From an uncultured Gammaproteobacteria bacterium (GTDB lineage Bacteria > Patescibacteriota > Patescibacteriia > Magasanikbacterales > JBBTQS01): a stretch of 64,000 bases of DNA. The stretch covers positions 19,620 to 83,619 of the forward strand of contig CAZVGV010000001.1 of assembly GCA_964627055.1 (NCBI GenBank). Direction: 5' to 3'. How positions within the stretch are numbered: position 1 is the first letter of the stretch; each line of letters opens with the position of its first letter. The notes below the pieces were generated by a model. The model was given only the letters and a program-made list of their open reading frames with translations, was not told where the DNA came from and ran no database searches. Below are positions 22,258-31,720 of this stretch, piece after piece. Made by a program: the position numbers and the translations under genes.

Positions 22258-22989
22258 ATGTCAGGACACTCGAAGTGGCACAACATTCAGGGACGTAAGG
22301 GCGCGCAGGACAAGCGTAAGGCTGCGGCGTTCACACGCGTGGCACGCGCAATCACGCTTGCAGCACGACAGGGTGGAGGATCGATGGATACGAATTTTGC
22401 CCTGCGACTTGCCGTAGAGCAAGGACGAGAGGTGAACATGCCGAAGGACAATATTGATCGAGCTATTCGTAAGGGTACTGGTGAAGACAAGGACGGCGCC
22501 GTGCTTGAATCTGTCACGTACGAAGGATTTGGACCTGCGAAAGTTGCGGTCATTGTGGAGACACTCACAGACAATCGCAATCGTACCGCGGCGGATGTGA
22601 AATCCATTTTCAATAAGGCTGGGGGAGCTGTGGGTGCACAGGGGAGTGTTTCGTGGCAGTTCCAGCATGTAGCGGTGGTGCGTGTGAGCGCAGAGAATAC
22701 AGCGAAGATCGCAGATCGCGATACTGCTGAGTTGGCGCTCATTGATGCAGGTGCAGAAGACGTAACGTGGAACGACGAAGGACTGACCGTACTCGGGCCG
22801 ATTGAATCGTTACATCGCATGACCGAGGCTGTGCGGGCACTTGGTGTGTCACCAGACGCCGCTGCAATTGAGTGGCGCGCGAAGGAGACGGCTGCTGTAC
22901 CAGAAGATTCGCGTGAAGCAGTGGAAGATTTTTTTGCTGCGCTGGATGAGTACGACGACGTGCAGGAGTGGTATACCAACGCTCAGTAG
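22258..22989 (+). CDS. yebC: YebC/PmpR family DNA-binding transcriptional regulator
   Basis: Starts MSGHSKWHNIQGRKGAQDKRK, the family hallmark, and lies immediately upstream of ruvC as in many bacteria. Confidence 0.85.
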   Translation: MSGHSKWHNIQGRKGAQDKRKAAAFTRVARAITLAARQGGGSMDTNFALRLAVEQGREVNMPKDNIDRAIRKGTGEDKDGAVLESVTYEGFGPAKVAVIVETLTDNRNRTAADVKSIFNKAGGAVGAQGSVSWQFQHVAVVRVSAENTAKIADRDTAELALIDAGAEDVTWNDEGLTVLGPIESLHRMTEAVRALGVSPDAAAIEWRAKETAAVPEDSREAVEDFFAALDEYDDVQEWYTNAQ

Positions 22990-22990
22990 T

Positions 22991-23470
22991 GTGGCACGAC
23001 GTATCCTCGGCATTGACCCTGGATTTGGCCGCATGGGCTATGCGGTAGTTGAGGAAGTAGGACGTGAACAGTTCTCGGTTCGCGCGTATGGCTGCATCGA
23101 GACGCAGAAGGAACAGCCGTTCCCACAGCGTCTCATTGAAATTGCCGATGCAACTGAGAAGCTGTTGGCTGAGTTCCAGCCAGAGTCTATGGCCATCGAG
23201 CAATTGTTCTTCAGCAAGAATGTTACGACAGGAATTAATGTAAGTCATGCACGTGGTGTAATCGTGTTGTGCGCAGCGCGTGCGGGTGTGAAGATTCTCG
23301 AATTTAACCCGCTACAAATCAAACAAATCATCACAGGCTACGGTGGTGCTAAGAAGGATCAGATGCAACGCATGGTGCAGGTGCTGCTGCGGCTCAAGGA
23401 GATGCCGAAGTCTGATGACGCGGCTGATGCGATTGCGGTAGCGCTTTGCGGATTTTTAGCGCGGGTGTAG
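22991..23470 (+). CDS. ruvC: Crossover junction endodeoxyribonuclease RuvC
   Basis: GTG start one nt after the yebC stop; N-terminal RILGIDPGFGRMGYAVVE; about 159 aa. The ORF extends upstream to 22841 in the same frame. Confidence 0.85.
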   Translation: MARRILGIDPGFGRMGYAVVEEVGREQFSVRAYGCIETQKEQPFPQRLIEIADATEKLLAEFQPESMAIEQLFFSKNVTTGINVSHARGVIVLCAARAGVKILEFNPLQIKQIITGYGGAKKDQMQRMVQVLLRLKEMPKSDDAADAIAVALCGFLARV

Positions 23471-23476
23471 AACCGT

Positions 23477-24130
23477 ATGTCAAAGGGCGATGCGAGAGTG
23501 CGAATTATAATCAGAAGCGGAAATAAGTATTTTCGAGCTGGAAAAGTCACGCTTTCGGCAAAGGGTGAAGTATTCTATGAACCACCACTAGAGTTGAAGT
23601 CTACTCTGAGCGAAGAAATTTTTGTTCATGTTGCATGGCATGCGAGTGGTTCTGTTTTGCTTAAGATAAAAACCTCTGCAGGAGATATACGCCACATCCC
23701 AATTGAAAATGGGGTTGGATTTGTTAAAGATCCAGGTGAACGGCAGGAAATTGTTGGGGTAGGTTTTCAGGTACTTTTTTACTTGCGAATTCCTGGTGTT
23801 ATTTTTTTGTCCGAATGCGACGAACTCAGGGTGAAAGATCTTGTGTTGGATCTCAATGGGTACCTAGGTGCTTTTGTGTTTGCAACAAGCCTCGTTTCAG
23901 GAACGTGCATTGTGGATGGAATCAGTAACATTGAGTCATCGGTTCGCATGGTGGATGGAATTCAGAACCCTAATCGTCTTGATAGTAAGTTTGGGTGCTT
24001 AGGAAGAATTTCTGGCAATGCAGATAAATTAGTACAATTTCATCTAGAAAAACTGAAATTTCAGTTGCCAAGTGGCAAATGTGAGTTGATAATACCGTCA
24101 GACAGTGCAATCTCAAAAGTTATTTTGTAG
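23477..24130 (+). CDS. Hypothetical protein (217 aa) in an AT-rich segment
   Basis: About 42% GC against ~55% flanks. No motif recognised. Occupies the position where ruvA/ruvB usually follow ruvC. Confidence 0.45.
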   Translation: MSKGDARVRIIIRSGNKYFRAGKVTLSAKGEVFYEPPLELKSTLSEEIFVHVAWHASGSVLLKIKTSAGDIRHIPIENGVGFVKDPGERQEIVGVGFQVLFYLRIPGVIFLSECDELRVKDLVLDLNGYLGAFVFATSLVSGTCIVDGISNIESSVRMVDGIQNPNRLDSKFGCLGRISGNADKLVQFHLEKLKFQLPSGKCELIIPSDSAISKVIL

Positions 24131-24140
24131 AAGAAACAAC

Positions 24141-24180
24141 GACGCCGCCAGTCCTCATGGAATGGCGGCGTCTGCGTTGT
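24141..24180. terminator. Hairpin between convergent genes (stems GACGCCGCCA / TGGCGGCGTC)
   Basis: 10-bp perfect stem with a 12-nt loop. The U-tract is weak, so this is more likely a stability element or factor-dependent site. Confidence 0.35.
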
Positions 24181-24195
24181 TGGGAATGTCAGCTC

Positions 24196-24909
24196 CTACT
24201 TGGGCGCGCGGGGCGCAGCAAGGACTTTCTGGACGATGTGTTCAGCGAGCTCTTCTGGTGTCTTGATGGCGCTTGCCGGTGCATCGCTAAAGTGCTTGGC
24301 TTGCAACGGTGTCGCCACGAGGCCTGGGTTGACTCTGCGAATGCGGAACTTTTTCGGCAGATCACGTTTGAGCATGCGATTGTAGCCGTCGACCGCTCGC
24401 ATGGAGTGGACGTAGCCACGCTCGTGATGCGTGCGTGCTGCGAAGGGGTGCTGTTCGTCGACCTCCTCGGGGAACTTCGATGCCTGCGATGAGACGTCGA
24501 GGATCACCGGGTGCTCTGCCTTCTCGAGAAGTTCGATGCAGGCGTTGAACATGAGGACCTTCGACAGGAAGTTCATTTGGACGTGCGCTGCGATGGACGC
24601 GAACGCATTGCCTTCGAACTTCGGATCATTGTCGAACGTGAGTCCACCTGCACACTGCACCAGGATGTCGAGGTGGTCATGTGCAGCCGAGAGGTCTTCG
24701 CTGAAGTGCCACACAGACTTGGGATCCGTGAGATCCACAGGGTGTTGGGAAGCATGACCTCCAGCTGCTTCGATTGCTTCGCGAACTGCCGTGAGACGTG
24801 TCTCGTCGCGGCCGATGAGAACAACGTGATCGACTTCTCGGGCCAATCGCTTCGCTACTGCCTCGCCGATGCCACTACTTGCGCCTGTGACGAGTGCAAT
24901 CTTTTGCAT
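24196..24909 (-). CDS. Short-chain dehydrogenase/reductase (SDR) family oxidoreductase
   Basis: Rossmann motif ALVTGASSGIGEAVAKRL near the N-terminus after MQKI. The ORF extends to 24966. Confidence 0.8.
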   Translation of the reverse strand: MQKIALVTGASSGIGEAVAKRLAREVDHVVLIGRDETRLTAVREAIEAAGGHASQHPVDLTDPKSVWHFSEDLSAAHDHLDILVQCAGGLTFDNDPKFEGNAFASIAAHVQMNFLSKVLMFNACIELLEKAEHPVILDVSSQASKFPEEVDEQHPFAARTHHERGYVHSMRAVDGYNRMLKRDLPKKFRIRRVNPGLVATPLQAKHFSDAPASAIKTPEELAEHIVQKVLAAPRAPK

Positions 24910-24983
24910 AGGTGACTCCTCTGTCATACGACTGATGTTACTGCGGCTTGCCACCGCCTGTAGCATGTAGCGTACCAGTCAAT

Positions 24984-25607
24984 CTAGCACTTGACCAGCA
25001 CTGTCCCACCTTGGAACGTGCCGAACTTTTGGACCCCGCACACCTCGAGAGAAGTGAACCGGAGTTCCTTGGACCAGGCATTCTCCATTTGGAACAACGT
25101 GGCGAGCTGTGCGACGCGTGGAGCATCCGTCGCATGGGTGAGTGTGATGTGTGGACGGAATACGTCACCGGTCGATGACCGGATCACGATGTCTTCTCGC
25201 CTTTTCTTCGACGCCGTAACTCGTCGCACGAGTATCTCGTGTATGGAGCGGATGGCATCGTGTGGCGTGTTGAGTTGCAGGTACCCGATGTCCTCGACCC
25301 ACTCCGTTTCGCGTGGATGTATCGAGATTGCATGGAGGAGCCCTGGGTGTATGCCCGGTGTTCCTGCGTGTCCTCGTTGCGCGTAGTTTTGGATTGCTTC
25401 AACGATGCCTCGCCATTTCTCCTTGACCTCAATGACGAGCACTGTGACGTGGGGAAGCGCCACGACAGCGCGCCTTCTCTTCGTCGAGGTCTCTCGTGTT
25501 GTGAGTATGAAGTCCGAGTGATTGATCTCCTTCGCTGCGCGAGCAGAAAGCTCGCGAAGACGAGCACAGGATTGTTCATCAGGGACAAGCGCGAAGTGAA
25601 GTTGCAT
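24984..25607 (-). CDS. 2H phosphoesterase superfamily protein (LigT/ThpR-like 2'-5' RNA ligase / cyclic phosphodiesterase)
   Basis: Two H-x-T-x motifs (PHVTVLV and PHITLTH) about 90 aa apart. Conserved start MQLHFALVP; the ORF runs on to 26012, overlapping the upstream GT2 gene in another frame. Confidence 0.65.
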   Translation of the reverse strand: MQLHFALVPDEQSCARLRELSARAAKEINHSDFILTTRETSTKRRRAVVALPHVTVLVIEVKEKWRGIVEAIQNYAQRGHAGTPGIHPGLLHAISIHPRETEWVEDIGYLQLNTPHDAIRSIHEILVRRVTASKKRREDIVIRSSTGDVFRPHITLTHATDAPRVAQLATLFQMENAWSKELRFTSLEVCGVQKFGTFQGGTVLVKC

Positions 25608-25668
25608 GTTCGTCTCTCCATTCTGCCACTGCGGCAGGGAGTGAATGTATAGTATTTGGAACGAACTG

Positions 25669-26403
25669 TCAACGGTTGTGATGTGCGATGCGTAGCAGCG
25701 ATCGCATGAATCGAATGCCATCGGCAATGCGAACAGACGAGCTGGAATGGTATCGGAAGGTGACGGGTATTCCTTGTATCTTGAGCCCCGCTCGGACAGA
25801 TTGCACAAGCAAATCAACATCGAACGCAAAACCGTCTTCTGTGGTCTTCGGAATAATGTCGGCCTGCACTTTTTTGGAAAACTGTTTGATGCCGCATTGG
25901 GTGTCGCGAACTGGTAGGCGCAGGAGTCCTGCAGTGATCCATTGCAGTGATTTGGAAACAACCCAGCGGATACGACGTTGTGAGGTGAGACGAACACGCT
26001 GTCCAGCAACAATGTCCGCTATATTTCGCATTGCGTACATTGTCGTTAGTGTCTCAAGAGGGAATGCTAAATCAGCATCGATGAAGGCGTAGGTGGATGC
26101 ATCAACTTGCTGCGAACCTTCGCGAATTGCAGCGCCCTTACCTCGGTTGATGGGGTAGCTTCTGGTGAAGACAGCGAACGGGGCGTGTTCGCTTGCGCCA
26201 GAGAGGTGTGTAAGCACGGTGTCTGTTGTATCCGTACTGCCATCGTTAACATACACGATGGCCACTCGGATTGAGCGCCATGCTTCTGTAGCAAAGAACG
26301 CACTGAGCTGTGCGTGTGTTGCGGGGAGTCTGTCCGCCTCATTGAAGCAAGGAATGATAAGCGCGTAGTCGTACATGGGGCAATTGTGACCGACTTGAGG
26401 CAA
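25669..26403 (-). CDS. Family 2 glycosyltransferase (dolichyl-phosphate sugar transferase-like)
   Basis: N-terminal YALIIPCFNEADRLP and DGSTD...D motifs typical of GT-A fold GT2 enzymes. Confidence 0.8.
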   Translation of the reverse strand: MPQVGHNCPMYDYALIIPCFNEADRLPATHAQLSAFFATEAWRSIRVAIVYVNDGSTDTTDTVLTHLSGASEHAPFAVFTRSYPINRGKGAAIREGSQQVDASTYAFIDADLAFPLETLTTMYAMRNIADIVAGQRVRLTSQRRIRWVVSKSLQWITAGLLRLPVRDTQCGIKQFSKKVQADIIPKTTEDGFAFDVDLLVQSVRAGLKIQGIPVTFRYHSSSSVRIADGIRFMRSLLRIAHHNR

Positions 26404-26447
26404 CAGCGCAAGACTGGTAAGGTGAGGATGCTATTTACCATGACAGT

Positions 26448-27374
26448 ATGTACGATCTCATTATTATTGGCGGTTCAGCAGCAGGCACAGCAGCGGCAGT
26501 GTATGCATCCAGACGCAAACTCAACTATCTAGTGATTGCGAAGGATCTATCTGGTGAAGTGGCTGTTGCAGGAGAGGTGGATAATTTTCCAGCCATCGTG
26601 CACACGACAGGTATTGCATTGTCCCAGATGTTCCAAGAGCAGCAGCGCGCTAACGAAGTGCCGACGCGTGTGGGTAGAATTGTAAGTGCAGTTGAGTTGC
26701 AGGACGGTGGGACGTTCCGCATTACTGCAAAGAATGAACAACAGGAAGAAGAAGTGTACGAAGCTCTCAGTGTGATCGTTGCGACAGGTTCACATCCGCG
26801 GTATCTTGGTGTGCCTGGCGAAGAGCAGCTCAATCATCGCGGCGTAACCTATTGTACGGTGTGCGACGGTCCGCTCTTCCGCAATCGTGTGACGGCGACA
26901 ATCGGCACCGGCAACTCCGCGCTCGAGTCTGCACTCATGATGGCGGAGATTGCGAAGAAGCATTACGTTCTCACGAAGTATCCGTCGTTCAAGGGTGAGA
27001 CAGTACTTATTGATAAGGTTCTCGCGCACCCGAATATTGAAATCCTCTCCGAAGCCATGACGCAGCGCATCGAAGGCGAGAACAAAGTTGAGGCGATCGT
27101 ATACAAGGACAAGACTGGCGAAGAGAAGCGACTCGAGGTGCAGGGAGTGTTCGTGCATATCGGTCTCATCCCACAGTCAGATTTCATCTTGTGTGTAGAG
27201 AAGTTGCCATCTGGGCATATTGTGGTAGACAAGCTTGGTCGAACTTCTGTGCCAGGCATCTTTGCAGCTGGGGACGTGACTGATATTCCGTATTACCAGA
27301 TCGGGATTGCGACGGGTATGGGCATCACTGCAGCACTTTCGGCAATTAGCTATCTCAATACTCGCGCAGCTTGA
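26448..27374 (+). CDS. trxB: Thioredoxin-disulfide reductase
   Basis: FAD motif YDLIIIGGSAAGTAAAVYA, redox-active CTVCDG, NADPH motif GTGNSALESA, C-terminal AAGDV. Confidence 0.88.
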   Translation: MYDLIIIGGSAAGTAAAVYASRRKLNYLVIAKDLSGEVAVAGEVDNFPAIVHTTGIALSQMFQEQQRANEVPTRVGRIVSAVELQDGGTFRITAKNEQQEEEVYEALSVIVATGSHPRYLGVPGEEQLNHRGVTYCTVCDGPLFRNRVTATIGTGNSALESALMMAEIAKKHYVLTKYPSFKGETVLIDKVLAHPNIEILSEAMTQRIEGENKVEAIVYKDKTGEEKRLEVQGVFVHIGLIPQSDFILCVEKLPSGHIVVDKLGRTSVPGIFAAGDVTDIPYYQIGIATGMGITAALSAISYLNTRAA

Positions 27375-27448
27375 CGAATACGAATACCGTTGATACCCTC
27401 ATACCTCCGCTCACTTTCGGGCGGAGGTAATGTGTGGAGGAAGCAGCG

Positions 27449-28210
27449 ATGCATTCGATGACGTGGAGAGATCGATTGGCGCAGCGTCGAGCGGCCTGCG
27501 AGGATTCAGCCGAAGTCGAGGATGTCGATACGCTCGTTCAAAACAGTGAGCAGCGCACGCTCTGGTACAAGGAAATCGGAACGGGGAACATCGTGAACTC
27601 CGGAGAGGTGTTCTTCGGCGTTCGTGCGTACCACTTCCGAATCTGGGTCGGCGGTACGTGGGTTGAGTACTTGCACCCCATGCTCGACTACCGGAAGCAG
27701 GACCCGGGCTACATCGTGCTGTTCACAGATTCCAGGATGGAACGCGTGATCGTCCAGGCCAAGTTCGGCGGGGGCAACCCCGGGGCTTCGCTGCTCGATC
27801 CTCTGCGGGAGTCCAAGAAGGGCATGCTCGTAGCGCCTACATTCGAGGCCAGCGCGTCCAATCTCAAGGCCGGCGTCACGGCGGTTGGGAACGCAGCCAT
27901 CGTCCATGAGGCCATTGCCCGAGGCGAACTGATGGGTCCAGAGATCATCCAGGACGAAAATCGGTTCTGTCTCAAGCGCAATGGTGAGCAGGTGCTCGTC
28001 TTGAATGATGAGCGCTGGGAGAAGGCTGTGCAAAGCCTCGCTCCGCGAGAATTTGTGGTAACGCTCGAAGAACTCATTGAGATCGTGTTCGACGGCGACT
28101 CTGGTGCCGGGCATGGCGGACGGGCACGTAGTGAAGCGAACGAGCATCTTGCGCAAGTGTTCGGGATCTTCATGGCAATTCGACATCGCCGCATGTTCGC
28201 AGCATCGTAA
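27449..28210 (+). CDS. Hypothetical protein (about 253 aa), GC3-rich
   Basis: Intact ORF (listed from 27434) with codon third positions strongly G/C relative to the genome. No recognisable domain and no TM segment. Confidence 0.45.
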   Translation: MHSMTWRDRLAQRRAACEDSAEVEDVDTLVQNSEQRTLWYKEIGTGNIVNSGEVFFGVRAYHFRIWVGGTWVEYLHPMLDYRKQDPGYIVLFTDSRMERVIVQAKFGGGNPGASLLDPLRESKKGMLVAPTFEASASNLKAGVTAVGNAAIVHEAIARGELMGPEIIQDENRFCLKRNGEQVLVLNDERWEKAVQSLAPREFVVTLEELIEIVFDGDSGAGHGGRARSEANEHLAQVFGIFMAIRHRRMFAAS

Positions 28211-28231
28211 TTTCTGAAGAGGAGAGGATCA

Positions 28232-28813
28232 ATGAAAGAACGATGGACAGCAACGGCGTACTTCTCCTACGGAGCAATTCAGGGAGGTGCGCCACATCCG
28301 GTGGGGAAGATCGACGTGATGATCGTGCCTCGAGAGCTGGTCGAGGGTGAAGAGCCCTTCGAGATCATCCGTTACTACCACGACAGCCTCGAAGAAAATC
28401 CGAACCGTGGCATGGTCAGCTACTACGAGATCATGGCGATGCTCTCGCCGTCTCAGTTGGCAGCGGCGCAGGTCAGGATCGACACTCGTGGGAGTGTGAC
28501 CGGGATTCGTCCTGACACGCAGCATGCAACGGCGGCGGCAAAGAAAGTCGTCGCTCTGCTGCTCACGCTGCGTAGCTCCTTCGATCACGAGGTCATGATC
28601 CTACATTCACGTGAACCTGGTGAGCTGGAAGGAGGCTATTTGCACCGGCTTACAGCGATTAACGGAAGTATCCCCAAGGACGTCAAGATCCTCTACGTAC
28701 CTCCGGGATGCCCGATCAAGCTGGCGAATGGCGCGCGTCCGTTGCGCCTTCATGTCGGAATCACGTGGGAGGAATTCCTGCAGGAGATCCGCACGATGCC
28801 AGCGTCGAGCTGA
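28232..28813 (+). CDS. Hypothetical protein (193 aa), GC3-rich, co-oriented 21 bp after the previous gene
   Basis: Same atypical composition as its upstream partner; no recognisable domain. Confidence 0.45.
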   Translation: MKERWTATAYFSYGAIQGGAPHPVGKIDVMIVPRELVEGEEPFEIIRYYHDSLEENPNRGMVSYYEIMAMLSPSQLAAAQVRIDTRGSVTGIRPDTQHATAAAKKVVALLLTLRSSFDHEVMILHSREPGELEGGYLHRLTAINGSIPKDVKILYVPPGCPIKLANGARPLRLHVGITWEEFLQEIRTMPASS

Positions 28814-28877
28814 TCGCAACGCAACAACCACGAGGCGTCCAAGGAACAAGAAGTTCTGCGGGCGCCTTTGTGTTATA

Positions 28878-29747
28878 ATGATGCAAGCTATGCCCATTCA
28901 CGACACCAAAGTGCAACAGCTCGAGCGAATCGCTACTGCGATCCGCAAGGATATTATTGAGATGCTTGTTGCAGCTGGTTCAGGTCATACAGCAGGACCG
29001 TTAGGGATGGCAGATATTTTTACGGCGTTGTACTTTCATATTTTGCATCACGATGCGAAGCAGCCGGAGTGGGAGGAACGCGATCGTGTAATCCTCAGCA
29101 ATGGGCATATTTGTCCGGTGTGGTATGCGACATTGGCGCATGCTGGCTATTTTGCAAAAAAAGAGTTGAAAACATTACGCCAACTTCATACGCGCCTGCA
29201 AGGACATCCCCATCGAGGATCATTGCCGGGAATTGAGAATACGAGTGGGCCATTGGGGCAGGGCGCATCAGTTGCTGTTGGTGTTGCGCTCGCTGGTCAA
29301 ATGCGCAAACGCACGTACGAAACATTTCTACTCACTTCAGACGGCGAAATTCAAGAAGGGCAATACTGGGAAGCGATGATGTTCGCGGGTAATCGTCCGC
29401 TGCATCGGCTTACAGTCATTGTTGATCGCAACAATATACAAATTGACGGGAACACGGAGACGGTTGCGCCGATTGAACCGCTCGCGGCGAAGTTTGCCGC
29501 GTTTAATTTCCATGTGATTGAGATTGACGGGCACAATATTCGACAGATTGTGGAGGCGTGTGACGAGGCACGGGCAATTTATGAGCGGCCAGTAGCAATT
29601 ATTGCGCATACAATTCCGGGGAAGGGAGTAGATTTCATGGAATTCGATTACAACTGGCATGGCAAGCCACCGGCAAAGGACGAAGCAAAGCGTGCACTCC
29701 ACCAGTTGCGCACGCTCGGCGGCAAAGTGAAAAGTGAGCACGAATAA
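28878..29747 (+). CDS. Transketolase, N-terminal (TPP-binding) subunit
   Basis: GSGHTAGPLGMADIF...GHPH...GPLGQG motifs. Separate ORF from the C-terminal subunit (split tkt). A TATAAT box at 28874..28879 directly abuts the start, suggesting a short or leaderless 5' end; alternative ATGs at 28881 and 28890. Confidence 0.88.
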   Translation: MMQAMPIHDTKVQQLERIATAIRKDIIEMLVAAGSGHTAGPLGMADIFTALYFHILHHDAKQPEWEERDRVILSNGHICPVWYATLAHAGYFAKKELKTLRQLHTRLQGHPHRGSLPGIENTSGPLGQGASVAVGVALAGQMRKRTYETFLLTSDGEIQEGQYWEAMMFAGNRPLHRLTVIVDRNNIQIDGNTETVAPIEPLAAKFAAFNFHVIEIDGHNIRQIVEACDEARAIYERPVAIIAHTIPGKGVDFMEFDYNWHGKPPAKDEAKRALHQLRTLGGKVKSEHE

Positions 29748-30732
29748 TATGGTCATTCAGCTCGCGAAACATCTCGCATCGAATCTCCTGAGCAAGCCAG
29801 AGTACGCACTAACACGTGATGGCTATGGTCATGGCGTGGTTGAGGCTGCAGAGAAAGATCCGCACATCGCGGTGTTGTGTTGTGATCTCACGGAGTCTAC
29901 GCGTTCGCACTGGTTCCGTGACAAATTTCCAGAACGATTTATTGAAGTGGGTGTAGCAGAGCAGAACATGGCTGGGATTGCTGCTGGAATGGCGGCGGAG
30001 GGCTACATTCCGTTCATTTCAAGTTATGCTGTATTCTCGCCGGGGCGTAATTGGGATCAGATTCGCGTATCACTCTGCTATTCCAATACCAATGTGAAGG
30101 TGATGGGCGCGCATGCGGGGATTTCGGTAGGACCAGACGGCGCCACGCACCAAGCGCTCGAGGATATGGCGATAATGCGCGTGCTGCCGAACATGGTTGT
30201 ACTTGCGCCGTGTGATATGGAAGAGACGCGCAAGGCGATTCATGCTGCAGCGCTCTACAATGGACCGGTGTATATTCGGTTTGCACGCGAGAAGACCGCA
30301 GTGATGACAACAGCAAAATCGCCGTTTGCCATCGGAAAGGCAGAAGTCTTTGCACAAGGTACAGATGTGACGATCGTGGCATGCGGACCGCTCTTGTACG
30401 AGGCGTTGCATGCAGCGCAATTGCTGTTGAAGCATGGAGTGCATGCGGAAGTAATTAACATGCCGTCGCTCAAGCCGTTTGATGAGAAGACATTGCTCAC
30501 ATCGGTCAAGAAAACTGGATGCGTCGTCACGGTTGAGGAGCATCAGATCATTGGGGGATTGTTCGGTGCGGTTGCTGAGACGCTTGCGCAGTCACATCCA
30601 GTACCGATTGTCCCGGTTGGTATGCATGATTCATTTGGACAATCCGGAACACCTGACGAACTTCTGGAATTGTACGGAATGCGCGCACAAAATATTGTTG
30701 CTGCTGCACGCGCTGCTATCAAGAAACGTTAG
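29734..30732 (+). CDS. Transketolase, C-terminal (pyrimidine-binding plus C-terminal domain) subunit
   Basis: FIEVGVAEQNMAGIAAGMA and later Tkt-C motifs. Overlaps the stop of the N-terminal subunit gene (GTG 29734 or ATG 29749). Confidence 0.88.
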   Translation: MSTNNMVIQLAKHLASNLLSKPEYALTRDGYGHGVVEAAEKDPHIAVLCCDLTESTRSHWFRDKFPERFIEVGVAEQNMAGIAAGMAAEGYIPFISSYAVFSPGRNWDQIRVSLCYSNTNVKVMGAHAGISVGPDGATHQALEDMAIMRVLPNMVVLAPCDMEETRKAIHAAALYNGPVYIRFAREKTAVMTTAKSPFAIGKAEVFAQGTDVTIVACGPLLYEALHAAQLLLKHGVHAEVINMPSLKPFDEKTLLTSVKKTGCVVTVEEHQIIGGLFGAVAETLAQSHPVPIVPVGMHDSFGQSGTPDELLELYGMRAQNIVAAARAAIKKR

Positions 30733-30741
30733 CCACATTGT

Positions 30742-31710
30742 ATGTTCGACATGATTACGTTGGGTGACGCTACGATCGATACCCTCATTGAGGTTGGTGA
30801 TGCGTCTGTTGCGTGTTCAGTGGATCGACGTAACTGCTTGTTGCAATTACGGTATGGAGACAAGTTACCAGTTGAGAACATGGCGCAAAAAGTGGCAGGG
30901 AACGCAGCGAATAATGCGGTTGGGTGCGCGCGATTAGGGATGCGAACTGCAATCCATACCATTCTTGGAGTCGATCAGAGTGGTGACGCAATTGTGCAGA
31001 CATTTGTAGAGAACAAAGTGTCACGAGAATTCGTTGAGCGCGATCGCAAACACGCTACCAATGCTTCGACGGTTATTAGATTCCAGGGAGATCGAACGAT
31101 TCTGGTGTATCACGCACCTCGCGCGTACAAATTGCCCAAGCTGCCGCGCTCGAAGTGGATCTACTTCACGAGTCTTGCTGCAGGGCACAAGGCGTACAAC
31201 GCGCAGGTTATCGCGCACACAGAACGCACTGGCACACGACTCGCGTATAATCCAGGTACGTACCAATTCCTCGAAGGCATCGATGAAGTAAAGAAGGTGA
31301 TTGCTGTGACACATGCACTCTTTGTGAACGTCGAGGAGGCACAACGTATTGTGGGAAAGAAGTCAGTGAATGAATGTCTGCGCGCATTGTATAAGCTCGG
31401 TGCTGCCATGGTTTTCATCACAGATGGCCCGAAGGGGGCAACGGCGTACGATGGTGAGGAGATGTACTTCATGCCGATCCTGCGTACGAAAGTGATAGAG
31501 CGTACCGGGGCAGGTGACTCATTCGCCGTCGGCGTAATTGCGGCGCTGAATGAAGGTGTCAGTATGGCAACAGCACTCACCTGGGGTGCGGCAAATAGTA
31601 GTAGTGTTATACTGCAAGTTGGGCCCCAAGACGGTTTGCTGTACCGCAACGAGATCGAAGCGTTCTACCGCAAATACGGCAAGGGGATTCGTCCGAAGAA
31701 GATTTCATAA
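30742..31710 (+). CDS. PfkB-family carbohydrate kinase (ribokinase/fructokinase-like)
   Basis: N-terminal GG-motif region (GGNAANNAVGCARLG) and C-terminal GAGDSFAVGVIAAL anion-hole/catalytic motif. Confidence 0.8.
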   Translation: MFDMITLGDATIDTLIEVGDASVACSVDRRNCLLQLRYGDKLPVENMAQKVAGNAANNAVGCARLGMRTAIHTILGVDQSGDAIVQTFVENKVSREFVERDRKHATNASTVIRFQGDRTILVYHAPRAYKLPKLPRSKWIYFTSLAAGHKAYNAQVIAHTERTGTRLAYNPGTYQFLEGIDEVKKVIAVTHALFVNVEEAQRIVGKKSVNECLRALYKLGAAMVFITDGPKGATAYDGEEMYFMPILRTKVIERTGAGDSFAVGVIAALNEGVSMATALTWGAANSSSVILQVGPQDGLLYRNEIEAFYRKYGKGIRPKKIS

Positions 31711-31720
31711 TTGGAGACGT

